From Octopus sinensis (taxonomy: Eukaryota), in NCBI RefSeq assembly GCF_006345805.1, contig NC_043001.1:49228001-49292000 (forward strand): a stretch of DNA of 64,000 nucleotides. Reading direction: 5' to 3'. The stretch's first letter is position 1. Each line of letters starts with the position of its first letter. Below, one piece after another: positions 52,420 to 63,609 of the stretch. The translations under genes and the position numbers were made by a program. The notes below the pieces were generated by a model that made no database searches, had not been told where the DNA came from, and was given only the letters and a program-made list of their open reading frames with translations.

Positions 52420-54105
52420 ACTGTTTCTTTATTACCCACTAAGGGGCCACGAAGAGGGGGACATTACAAGACGGGACATGGGGTGTAAAAAATGAATTAG
52501 ATGTAATGAGATGGAACGGCTTACGAACCCCCAACTCGCAGTTCCGTTTAAAATACAATTGTACATACAATTTTACAGTTACAATAATTTTACAATTCTA
52601 CATGTCAACATTACATATTTCAAAATACAACTTTAAATTTTACAATTCTAATTTTTTACATTAGACGCTCGTCCGTCATATAATCCAACAGGTCCGTTTG
52701 CTCTATAACATCTGGCAATTTATCGTACCGCACATAATGCGTTATATGCATAGCGCTAAACATCTTTTTTAATTTTATATATGTCTCTTTGTCTATAATG
52801 ACGCCTTTCACGTCGTCACCATACAGCTTTGGGTTCACCTTCACCCTGACCAACCCTTTCTTACCTACAAGTCTCTTCTCCACTTCTGTATTCTTGATAT
52901 ACATTACGACTGCCTTCAAGTTTTTTCCTGTAGGCCTTCTTCCATATCTGCACGATTCCAATTGCTCGTTCACTCTTGCCTCCCATTCTTGTTCAAACTC
53001 TGTCCTTGGCCGCTCTCTCGCCTTCTCTTTTACTTCCTGTTCTTTGTATGTTTTCTCTTCTCTCTCTTCTGCTATCTTGCTTTTAATTTTTTTCTTTTTT
53101 TGATCTTTCGGTGGTGATTCCACCCTTGATCTCTTCATGTCTTCCGTCTTTTCCTCTTCTGCACTCTCTCGTTCTTCCTCACTTAACCGCTCCTCCATTC
53201 GTACTTCCTCCGCTTTCGCCTCCTCCACACACGCGTCCTTACATTCCTCCATCTCAACCTCCGGTGCTTTAGTTTTTTCTCGCGGGCACACATCCTTCAT
53301 GTGGCCCCTTGATTTACAATTGTAGCAAATTGGGGGTCTTCCCTCTACCACAACTCGGAGCCGCGTCTCGTCAGGGTAGACCAGCTCCTCCGGGATGTTG
53401 TACAGGTCTCGCACGGTAATGTGTGCGAGAACCTGCACCGTATATCCCCACCATTTCACCTCCGCTGACTTCTCCACCTTCAGTACTTCCACATCATCCT
53501 TGCAGTTAAACAGCACTGCTGCCAGCAACCTTTCCATATTAAATTCGGGTGAGATTCTATTGATTCTCATCCTCACTGCTCTCCTTCCGCAGTAACTGGT
53601 AGCAAAGTCCACTTATCCGATTTCAAAAGTCTTGTTGCGTTCTTTTTTGCCTCATTTTCTGTTTCAAAAATACCACTACCGTGGCATACTTCCTTCCTCT
53701 TTTGAAAAATGTGGGTTCACCCTCAATTTCCTTCAGACATTCTTCTACTTCTTTCATTTCCGCTACTTCAATTTTTTTGGACTCACACACCACGTCCTGT
53801 ACGTTATAGTACGCTTCTCTGCACTGCTTTCCTCCTCCTCGGACGGTGTGACTCTTACGCAGTCACCCTCCCTCTTTAAACTGTCGAAATACTTCTGTAG
53901 GGTCTTCTGTTCGACCACCACCTCCTCCATTTCCAGCTCACCGGCAACCAGGCCTCTGCCTGCCGCTCGCGCGTAAGTCTGTTCTTGCATTTTCAGGAAA
54001 AAAATTATTCCACGTCCTCCAACGAATTCGAACTCACCACCTCTTCACTTGAAATAAACACACCAGAATAATCACACCTGAATAACTCCAAATAACTCAC
54101 TCAAA
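52420..54105 (-). mobile_element. ORF1-only Tx1/L1-type retroelement, unit 3 (1686 bp), most diverged copy
   Basis: Colinear with units 1 and 2, shorter AT-rich 3' UTR, many third-position differences. Confidence 0.75.
52656..53990 (-). CDS. Tx1/L1-type ORF1 protein with single-base deletions between ~53595 and 53780
   Basis: ORFs 53763-53990 and 52656-53612 are colinear with unit 2; same knuckle and C-terminal domain. Confidence 0.68.
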
Positions 54106-54139
54106 GACTGGGGGCCTGAGACGAATATTCTTCTGAGAA

Positions 54140-54372
54140 ACCTTATTTATAGGCTTTACATGGCTCCCAATGAACTTCCGAAATGGAAAGCTGTGATTGG
54201 CTGCTTGGACTATGGCGCGAAAATAAGTCGAGACATTTTGCGCCAAGTTATAACCAGCGGTGCGAGCGTAGTAGAGACCAACGTGTCAGCCAATCGAATT
54301 AGTGTTTACATCAATGTTGAACCAGCCAAAGCTGTTTGTAATCTCGACCGAGGTCATTCTATATACTCTTCT
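54140..54372 (-). promoter_or_regulatory. Right arm of inverted repeat; putative Pol II promoter driving the sense strand of the array
   Basis: On the minus strand: reverse CCAAT at 54290-54294, E2F site TTTTCGCGCC (54214-54223), CCAAT (54196-54200), GGAAGT, TATAAATA (54151-54144) 31 nt before the first direct repeat. Confidence 0.6.
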
Positions 54373-54559
54373 TTGATAAAATAACATTTTTGAAGACATT
54401 CTTCAGAAATGTTATTTTCCCCCAAAAGGTCTTATTCATCCAACCTGTGTGGTTGTCTATCTTCATAACTGACTTCTTCGATGCATAGTGAAAAAATTTT
54501 GTCTTTTAGGGGAGAAAAGAAGAGTTATTCCACAAGGATTAGTGTTAACCATAGGTCAA

Positions 54560-55125
54560 ACGTTCTCTAGTTCATAAACGAACATCTCCACATCACTAAA
54601 ACGAATTTGCGCCCATAAGGGTAACATCCGAAAATTTCATTTTTTGAGTTCAAGAAAGCACTTAGGTCGTGTGAAATTTTTAGAATGATTCTTTTCTCCA
54701 ACGAACAAAGCTTGCATCTTCTGCTTTCATTAAGATACGACACAGAACATTCCAGTAACTTCCAGTGATGCTATAGATCGTCGCTTCCTCTTCTAATGGC
54801 TGTATATAGCGGGCTAAAGTTGGATATTACAGCTTTCCTGTTTCTAAGAGAGGATCTGTGATTGTCCAGTTTGGAGTTAAAGGGGCCACCTCCCTGTTAC
54901 TCCGGCGTATTTCTGTACATGCGTCGTTTCGTCGGTGTTGGTCAACATTACTTCTACTTCGTAGACAACAGTGTCTGTATTAATTTGCCCTTTAACAACA
55001 CCAATCCATGAGAATAACTTCTTTTTTACTACCAAATGGCAATTTTTCACTGTTTCGCCACACCTTTTGCCATCACCGAACCAAACAAGGTATATGTACC
55101 CATGCATTTCCGGCCAGTATGTCTT
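54560..55125 (-). mobile_element. Penelope-like element GIY-YIG endonuclease relic
   Basis: Frameshifted minus-strand peptides NTDTVVYEVEVMLTNTDETTHVQKYAGVTG and LNESRRCKLCSLEKRIILKISHDLSAFLNSKNEIFGCYPYGRKFVL resemble the PLE endonuclease and its C-terminal CxLC...EK...LNxxxE motif. Confidence 0.65.
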
Positions 55126-55129
55126 TATC

Positions 55130-55166
<37 letters not shown>

Positions 55167-55383
55167 ACACATGTCTGTGTGTGTTTGTGTGTGAAGGTGC
55201 GTGGCTTACTGGTATATACACGTGTGTATATACAAAGCCATAGCTATGTATAAACATAGACAAACATAATATACATACATATACATTTGTGTGTCAGTAA
55301 GTGTGTATGTGTTTCTGTGTATGAAAAATAAAACAAGGAGCAAGATCATGAAACATGGAGACTAACAAATAATACACAAATAA

Positions 55384-55770
55384 TAGGCGCAGGAGTGGCT
55401 GTGTGGTAAGTAGCTTGTTTACTAACTACATGGTTCCGGGTTCAGTCCCACCTTGGGCAAGTGTCTTCTTGTATAGTCTCGGGCCGACCAAAGCTTTGTG
55501 AGTGGATTTGGTAGACGGAAACGAAAGAAGCCCGTCGTATATATATATATATATATGCGTGTGTGTGTTTGTGTGTCTATGTTTGTCCCCCTAGCATTGC
55601 TTGACAACCGATGCTGGTGTGTTTATGTCCCCGTTACTTAGCGGTTCGACAAAAGAAACCGATAGAATAAGTACTGGGCTTACAAAAGAATAAGCCCCGG
55701 GGTCGAGTTGCTTGATTAAAGGCGGTGCTCCAGCATGGCCGCAGTCAAATGACTGAAACAAGTAAAAGAG
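55384..55770 (+). mobile_element. SINE family B copy
   Basis: Full head to (gtaaaaga) tail. Confidence 0.85.
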
Positions 55771-56379
55771 TCAGGTAAGCGAAATGCGTGACTGAAAAAA
55801 GCGTACAAATATAAAGCAAAACAACAATGGAAGAAGTGTACAATGAAAATAAATACACCATTGCATATGTGTGTGTGAGTGTGTACACAAGCGGTAGAGT
55901 CGTGCGCATTCTTTGGGCATGTATACTTGGTTATCAAAGAATGTTACTCTAGGAGCTGCCTTCCAAGTCATATGATGTTATCAGCTTCAAGTATGCAAAC
56001 TTGGTCAAGGGATGCACTTCGACACTTGGTGGCTAAAAGATGTTGCCGAAGAGGGATATGATACGACATTCAAAGGCATTTTGGATCGATGCTAAGCTTC
56101 TGCCGCCTTATTTTCGTTTTAGGTAGTGGCAGTCTATGTCACTGTTTATGTGGAAATTATGTGTACTTGTTAGTATTTTTCGGGTTTTAATATCAATGGC
56201 TCGGTTTCATAAACCTGGGCCAGGGGTCATAGGTTGTTTTCGTGGTTAATGGATAATATGTGAATATAATCGGGGTTTATACCAGGCTTATATCAATATT
56301 AGCCATAAAATAATATTCAGTCTGCTGAGTTGATTCGATAACACAACACGTAAAAACATAACGGTATATCTTTTATACC

Positions 56380-56470
56380 CTTCTGATGAAATTTTGTCTA
56401 ATATAATGATTTAATAATGATTTAATAATTGCTATTTGAATCTTTAGGCTTAATTGAAACAGCTGTAAGA
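56380..56470 (+). ncRNA. Minimal type I hammerhead ribozyme motif (Penelope-type)
   Basis: CTGATGA (56383-56389), stem II aatt/aatt, GAAA (56456-56459), C-agct-G 2-bp helix III with palindromic loop, TA cleavage site (56466-56467); helix I weak. Confidence 0.5.
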
Positions 56471-56787
56471 TTGGATTTTTGAAGATGATAAACTATATTA
56501 AATGCTATATCTCCATTTTCTTAATTTTCTTCCTATATTTATATGAATGATATATACATATATGCATACGTATATTTACATACATACACATACACACTTG
56601 TGTATTAGGGGATAATGCACTTTTCCAAACCTTATCCTTCAAAGTTATAAATACAGGTCCCAACCCATGTCCTAACTAATACTTTAGAAGAACCAATTAG
56701 TCACAACACAGGATATGCTATTTTTCGTTCTTTTTCAACTTTACGTGAAATTCCAACCAGTTCTTCACACTTCAATAAACGCAGTTG

Positions 56788-56788
<1 letters not shown>

Positions 56789-56818
<30 letters not shown>

Positions 56819-56910
56819 CTTCTTCTTCTTCTTCTTCTTCTTCTTCTTCTTCTTCTTCTCCTCCTCCTCCTCCTCCTCCTCTCTCCTCCTCCTCGTTCTT
56901 CTTCTTCTTG
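56789..56910. repeat. (CTT)n/(CCT)n polypyrimidine tract
   Basis: Direct reading. Confidence 0.95.
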
Positions 56911-57201
56911 CCATGTTTCTTCGTTTTTCCATCGCCCACTTACACTTTACTATTAGTAACCATTAGACACTGTCTAGGTTGCCTGCAGTGATAGCTGATC
57001 CTGCCACTCCCCCTCCAGTCAATCACCTACCTAATCGATGTATATAAAAGCCAAATTCTAAGTCGTTTGAGAACCAGGATCGAGAAATTTTGATGCAGAC
57101 TTAGATTTGAATACATATTGTCACACACACACACACTCACTCGCCACTCGCACAAACGCTCACATACACACACACTCGCCTCTCGCGCACATGCACACGC
57201 A

Positions 57202-57235
<34 letters not shown>

Positions 57236-57237
<2 letters not shown>

Positions 57238-58426
57238 TAAACACACACACTCACACACACCCAAAGACACACACTCACACACACAAACACACACAACCAC
57301 ACACACTCACACATACATCCACCCCCACACACAAACGCACACACCTACATACACACTCACACACACACACACATAAACTCACACACAGACAAACACATAC
57401 ACATAAACGGATACAAATTCATATAAATATCTGTGTGTGTGAGTTTATGTGAGTGCATTCGCTAGGGAAAAACGTGTTTGAAAAATTTTGGACTTGATTT
57501 CTAAAATAAAATAAAATCCGTTTATATAATTGGCGACCACCAAGGCAAGGAATGAAGTATTTTTGGCTTATGGATCCCTGTGCTTTTATTTACTCTACTG
57601 AACCTACGTAGCCATTCACTTGGTTCAGTCATTTGACTGCGGCCATGCTGGAGCACCACATTTAGTCGAGCAAATCGGCCCCAGGACGTATTCTTTGTAA
57701 TCCTAGTACTTATTCTATCGGTATTTTATGCCGAACCGCTATGTTACGTGGACGTAAACACCAGCATCGGTTATCAAGCGATGTTGGGGGGGGGGAGGTG
57801 AGGGCAAACACAGACACACTAACAAACACACACACACACCACACACCAAATAAACACACACACTCACACACACCCAAAGACACACACTCACACACACAAA
57901 CACACACAACCACACACACTCACACATACAACACCCCCCACACACAAACGCACACACCTACATCACACTCACACACACACACACATAAACTCACACACAG
58001 ACAAACACATACACATAAACGGATACAAATTCATATAAATATCTGTGTGTGTGAGTTTATGTGAGTGCATTCGCTAGGGAAAAACGTGTTTGAAAAATTT
58101 TGGACTTGATTTCTAAAATAAAATAAAATCCGTTTTATATATTGGCGACCACCAAGGCAAGGAATGAAGTAATTTTGGCTTATGGATCCCTGTGCTTTTA
58201 TTTACTCTACTGAACCTACGTAGCCATTCACTTGGTTCAGTCATTTGACTGCGGCCATGCTGGAGCACCACATTTAGTCGAGCAAATCGGCCCCAGGACG
58301 TATTCTTTGTAATCCTAGTACTTATTCTATCGGTTTTTTATCCGCCACCGCTATGTTACGTGGACGTAAACACCAGCATCGGTTATCAAGCGATGTTGGG
58401 GGGGGGGAGGTGAGGGCAAACACAGA
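57236..58426 (+). repeat. Recent ~610-bp tandem duplication (CA-rich tract, unique segment, SINE B 3' half)
   Basis: 57236-57812 and 57848-58426 are near-identical. Confidence 0.85.
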
Positions 58427-59019
58427 ACATACACAACAAACACACCACACACACACACACACACACACGACGGGATTCTTTTAGTTTCCGTCTACCACAT
58501 CCGCCCACAAGGCTTTGGTCGGCCCGAGGCTATAGTAGAAGACACTTGCCCAAGGTGCTACGGAGTGGTACTGAACCTGGAACCATGTGATTAGTAAACA
58601 AGCTACTTACTGCACAGCCACTCCTGCGCCTATTATGTTGAAAAAAAAATTAAATTAAATTTAAATCTAATATGATTAAACTCAATTAAATATTATTAGA
58701 CTGGTACTCCTTCGGTTACGGCGACTAGGGTTCCAGTTGATCCGATCAACAGAAACGCCTGCTCGTGAAATTAACGTGTAAGTAACTAAGCATTCCACAG
58801 ACACGTGTAACATTAACGTAGTTCTCAGGGAGATTCAGCGTGACACAGAGTGTGATAAGGTTGGCTTTTTGAAATACAGGTACATGTCATTTTTGTCAGT
58901 TGAGTGGATTGGAGCAACGAGAAATAAAGTGTCTTGCTCAAGGACACAACGCGTCGCTAGGAATTGAATTCACGACCTTACGATCGTAAGTCGAATATCC
59001 TAACCACTAAGCCACGCTT

Positions 59020-59376
59020 ACTCTCTTTTACTTGTTTCTGTCATTTGACTGCGGCCATGCTGGAGCACCGCCTTTAATCGAGCAACTCGACCCCAGGACT
59101 TATTCTTTTGTAAGCCCAGTACTTATTCTATCGGTTTCTTTTGCCGAACCGCTAAGTAACGGGGACATAGACACACCAGCATCGGTTGTCAAGCAATACT
59201 AGGGGGACAAACACAGACACACGAACATACACGCACACACATATATATATACATATATACGACGGGCTTTTTTCAGTTTCCGTCTACCAAATCCACTCAC
59301 AAGGCTTTGGTCGGCCCGAGGCTATAGTAGAAGACACTTGCCCAAAGTGCCACGCAGTGGGACTGAACCCAGAACC
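59020..59376 (-). mobile_element. SINE family B copy, 5' truncated
   Basis: Colinear with the other copies; lacks the start of the tRNA head. Confidence 0.8.
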
Positions 59377-59984
59377 TTATTAGAAATTGTATATAAATTT
59401 TTAATATTTTGTGAATTGTAGAGGTATAAGCTATTTATTGCATATAAGTTTTATCAACGAAATCTTATATAGACTGTTAAAAGCCATATGGCCTCCCTGT
59501 TGAGAACTACTGATCTAGGCATTATTTTTATGAATAGACGCCTGTTATACTACATAACCGTGGGTTATACTACTCCAATTAAGCTACTTGAAAATGGTAA
59601 ACGGTTCGTGAAATTGTGGTTAAAAATAGAATTATTAGCTACTTTAAGACATCTTCACGGGAGAGAATTCCTTTGAAGCATTTATCCTGCATGTGAACAC
59701 TAAGAATTTTCCTCTTTTACTCTCGATTGCTAAACTACTAACTGCCTATGATGAAAAGAAAAAAGAATAAACACACTCACACATTCTAAGTATTTCCTCC
59801 AATCGATAATTATCTCTATCATTTATGAAATGTCCCTCTTCATAAAATGTTCAACTAACAAGTCATATGTTATATCATGCTGATGATTGCTAAAAAGAAT
59901 GAAATAGTACTATATATGATTAACACTGAGTAGTAATTTTAAGAACTTCGTTATAAGTAAAAAAAAATCTATATATATTTATAT

Positions 59985-60001
59985 AAATGTATATATGTAT
60001 A

Positions 60002-60047
<46 letters not shown>

Positions 60048-60281
60048 GTATATATATATACATATGTATATATATATGTATGTATGTATATATATATACA
60101 TATGTATATATATGTATGTATATATATTCATATATGTATGTATGTATATATATATACATATGTATATATATGTATGTATGTATATATATATACATATGTA
60201 TATATATGTATGTATATATATTCATATATGCATGTATATATATATATGTATATACATACATCATGTATACATACATACATA

Positions 60282-60360
<79 letters not shown>
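59985..60360. repeat. Long (TA)n/(TATG)n compound tract
   Basis: Direct reading. Confidence 0.95.
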
Positions 60361-61438
60361 AAAATACAATGAGCTGTTATAATAGTAAATTAATATATTT
60401 TATGATGTATTAAATACATTATAATATATTGTTGGCAATAGAATTTAAAACCGAAACAGCAAAATTCATAAATGAGGGTGCAGCAGAGCACGTACAATTG
60501 CTAGAAATAAGTGCTAAAAATATACCTCGGATAACCACACAAAATCACCAACCTCATGAGATATTCAGAGACTGCGAGCGGTAAGCCACAACATCTTTCT
60601 TCGGCGAGAAAAACTCACAGAATGAAGTAGTTTGATAAAACCCTATCACATAATTCCAAAATTTAACCAGCATGGTCTTGTTTCCCCTCAGGGGTTTCTA
60701 CACTTTACTCCGGGTTAAAGAGATAGCTTGTATGTATGTATGTATGTATGTATGTATGTATGTATGTATGTATGTATGTATGTATATGTATGTATGTATG
60801 TATGTGTATATATCTGTATATGTATATGTGTGTGTGTGTGTGTGTGTGTATGTATATATATATATCGGAAATTAATAATATATTAGTGTCACTATAGAAA
60901 TTATTAATTCACATGCATCTGTGGAAATTAACACCATGTAAACTGATTGACTTGACTGCTTTTTGTATGTATGTGCAAATATTCAATGCCTTGCATAATA
61001 CTGTGGTATTATGCTGGTCCCTAGTTTTGCTACTATATTGCTAATTATGTGATATATGTATTGTTTTATTAGTATTAATGTTATTAGAAATAACAACAAT
61101 GATATTGGTAGCATTAATGATATTGATAACAGTATTGATGTTAACATTAATGACTTTTTGTAAATTAATATAAGGTAATACTGACTCTATATATCTGCAT
61201 TGAAGTATGAATATGTCAATGTTCTCTACGTTGTAATATCTTAATATTAAGTTGAAAAACATTGAATATGGAACATATATATATTTTATTGATTTATATT
61301 ATTTGTATTATTATGTATATGTATATGTGTATGTATAAGAGTATGAGTATATGCACTCATATATATATGTAAATGATTTATTATGGGTATGTACCCACAC
61401 TTATATGAGTATATATGTAATTTGGTTTACACTTTAGA

Positions 61439-61565
61439 ATCTCCGAAGAGGCCTTAAGATATCTTTGTAAATGTCTCATTTTTAACTTCATATTGACATA
61501 CTATACATGGCTAATATAGGTAAAATGAGACATATTTATCTGCATGGCCGAAACAGCTGTAAGAT
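61439..61565 (+). ncRNA. Degenerate minimal hammerhead ribozyme motif (core U4 to C)
   Basis: Helix I atct/agat; CCGAAGA (61443-61449); stem II ggcc/ggcc enclosing an atgtctcatttt/aaaatgagacat hairpin; GAAAC-agct-GTA. Confidence 0.5.
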
Positions 61566-61786
61566 ATAGTGTATATTTATATTTATATCTATTTATATTT
61601 ATTTATTTATATCCTCTTATAATGATTGTACTTATTGTATTGTATTACTCATTCATGTACGCTGTTTTGTTATATATTTTTATGTTTAACCCTAATGTTC
61701 TTATGGAGTGGTTTAATAAAGTATGTGATTGGGTATTATCTGGTAGTTGATAAATGATTTAGATGTATTTCTCCATTTTCTTATTT

Positions 61787-61821
<35 letters not shown>

Positions 61822-61966
61822 TGCATATATATTAATACATGATAAAACAACACAAATTACGTAACCCATTTCATTAGCTTAAGGAGTAACACATTCAGTG
61901 CTGGTTGCTTTTGCAAAATCCTATAACCATTATAATAACCTGTCTGTCTGTCACTCAGTTAGTCAA

Positions 61967-62064
<98 letters not shown>

Positions 62065-62069
62065 GAAGA

Positions 62070-63135
62070 TTGAGTGTGTACGTGCTTGTGTGAACACGTA
62101 AGAAAACAGCACCATGACGCAATTCAATCTGCCAGAAATTTGGAAACTACAGGATATACTGTTTGGCATTCACACCGGAAGCTCCAATATGAACATTTCA
62201 GAGGGTTTGGGTGTCAATCTGAGGACAGTGCATGGGATTCGGAAAGAGTTGGATGAATCTAATGGTGATTACGAAGGTACGGCAGCTCGGAAAACTCACT
62301 CTGATCGTTCTGATAAGAAAATAACACCTGGATTTGTTGGTGAGATCCAGGCCATGATTAACAACGATCCCTCCAAGTCAATCAGGTCCATCGCCAGAGA
62401 CATGGGAGTGTCTGAGTTTCTTATCAGGCAGGTAGTGCATGAAGACATTTGGTATTCCTTATGCAAGATGAGAAGGGGCCAAACCATCAAGTACAAGAAG
62501 TAAGACTGCGCTACGAATCTTTTGAACAAACTCAAGCATCCACTCCAACCGAACATGCTTTGGTTCTTCTGAGCTGAGAAAAATTTCTGCCAGGATCAGA
62601 TGGTGAACACACAGAACAACCATTGGCTTGCTGTGTCCCTAAAACATGTATCGAGAGTAATAAAAATCAACATCATGGTCCTTGGAGTAATCACTAGTGA
62701 TAACGACGTTGTGCCTCCATTCATCTTCCCACACGGCCTCAGACTCAACATGGAGGTCTACATCAAGTGCCTGGAGGAGGTAGTAATGCTCTAGCTCAAT
62801 AGGGTGGCTGCTGGAAGACTCTGTATCAAGTAACAGGAATCTGCGCCATGCCACACACGCAGGAGAAACCAGTCATGGCTGTCAGACAATTTCTGCGACC
62901 ACATCACCCCTTAATCTGGCCACCTAACTCCCCAGACTGCAGCCCCCTTGATTATTATGTGTGAGGCTCAGTTGTGCGAGAGACCCCAAAACTCCTTGTA
63001 ACACCAAAGATGAACTGAAGGCAAGGATTATGGCAGCATTCACCAACTTAAACAAAGAGATCATCCAGAAGAGTTGCAAAAGATTCCGAAGTCGTCTGGA
63101 GGCCGTGGTTGAAGCCAATGGCGATTTTATTGAAT
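62070..63135 (+). mobile_element. maT (DD37D)-like transposon relic, same family as 13400-14045
   Basis: HTH-like region (62114-62503 ORF), IMVLGVITSDNDVVPPFIFPHGLRLN, QESAPCHT, WPPNSPDCSPLDY; frameshifts and stops. Confidence 0.78.
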
Positions 63136-63241
63136 AAATTTACTCCTTAGTATGAATTTCAAGATACTTTTATGTAATTTTGGTAAATATATCTGTTAAA
63201 ATGAGATGTTAGTGTTAGTTTCCTTTTTGCGTAATTTAGAC

Positions 63242-63591
63242 CAGTGCTACTCAAAGTGGTGATCCTCGGACCGGTGCAGGTCCGCGAGCCATCATCTGCC
63301 GATACGCAGCGCGTTTCCAGAAAAGAAAGAAACAATAGCATAATTTTAGTGATTTCGCTTTATACACTGCAGTAAATAACTTATCAGCTTATGTAATATT
63401 GTATTATTTGTTTACAAAATAAATATAAAATTAAAAAAATGTCAACTTTTATTATATTCATTGTATATATTGTTTTCGGTATAATATATTGTTTTCGGTA
63501 TAAATAAATATTACTAAGAAATATTGCCGGTCTCTAACACATTGGGAAAATAAATGCGGGTACGCCACATGAGATAGTTTGAGAAGCACTG
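63242..63591. mobile_element. hAT (Charlie/MER5-like) MITE, 350 bp
   Basis: TIR cagtgctactcaaa / tttgagaagcactg; perfect 8-bp TSD atttagac (63234-63241, 63592-63599). Confidence 0.9.
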
Positions 63592-63609
63592 ATTTAGACG
63601 ACAGTTTAT

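Larger units (their letters stand above)
48724..54120. repeat. Four 15-bp direct repeats delimiting the three units (putative target-site duplications)
   Basis: gactggaaacctaag 48724-48738 and 50579-50593; gactggaggcctaag 52405-52419; gactgggggcctgag 54106-54120. Confidence 0.85.

Noticed and set aside
48724-54120. Repeat-spacer periodicity suggestive of CRISPR, or of an LTR/gag retrovirus array
   Set aside because: Spacers are 1.7-1.8 kb homologous units in eukaryotic DNA with no cas genes; no LTRs, PBS, PPT, protease or integrase, and the ORF layout fits non-LTR ORF1.
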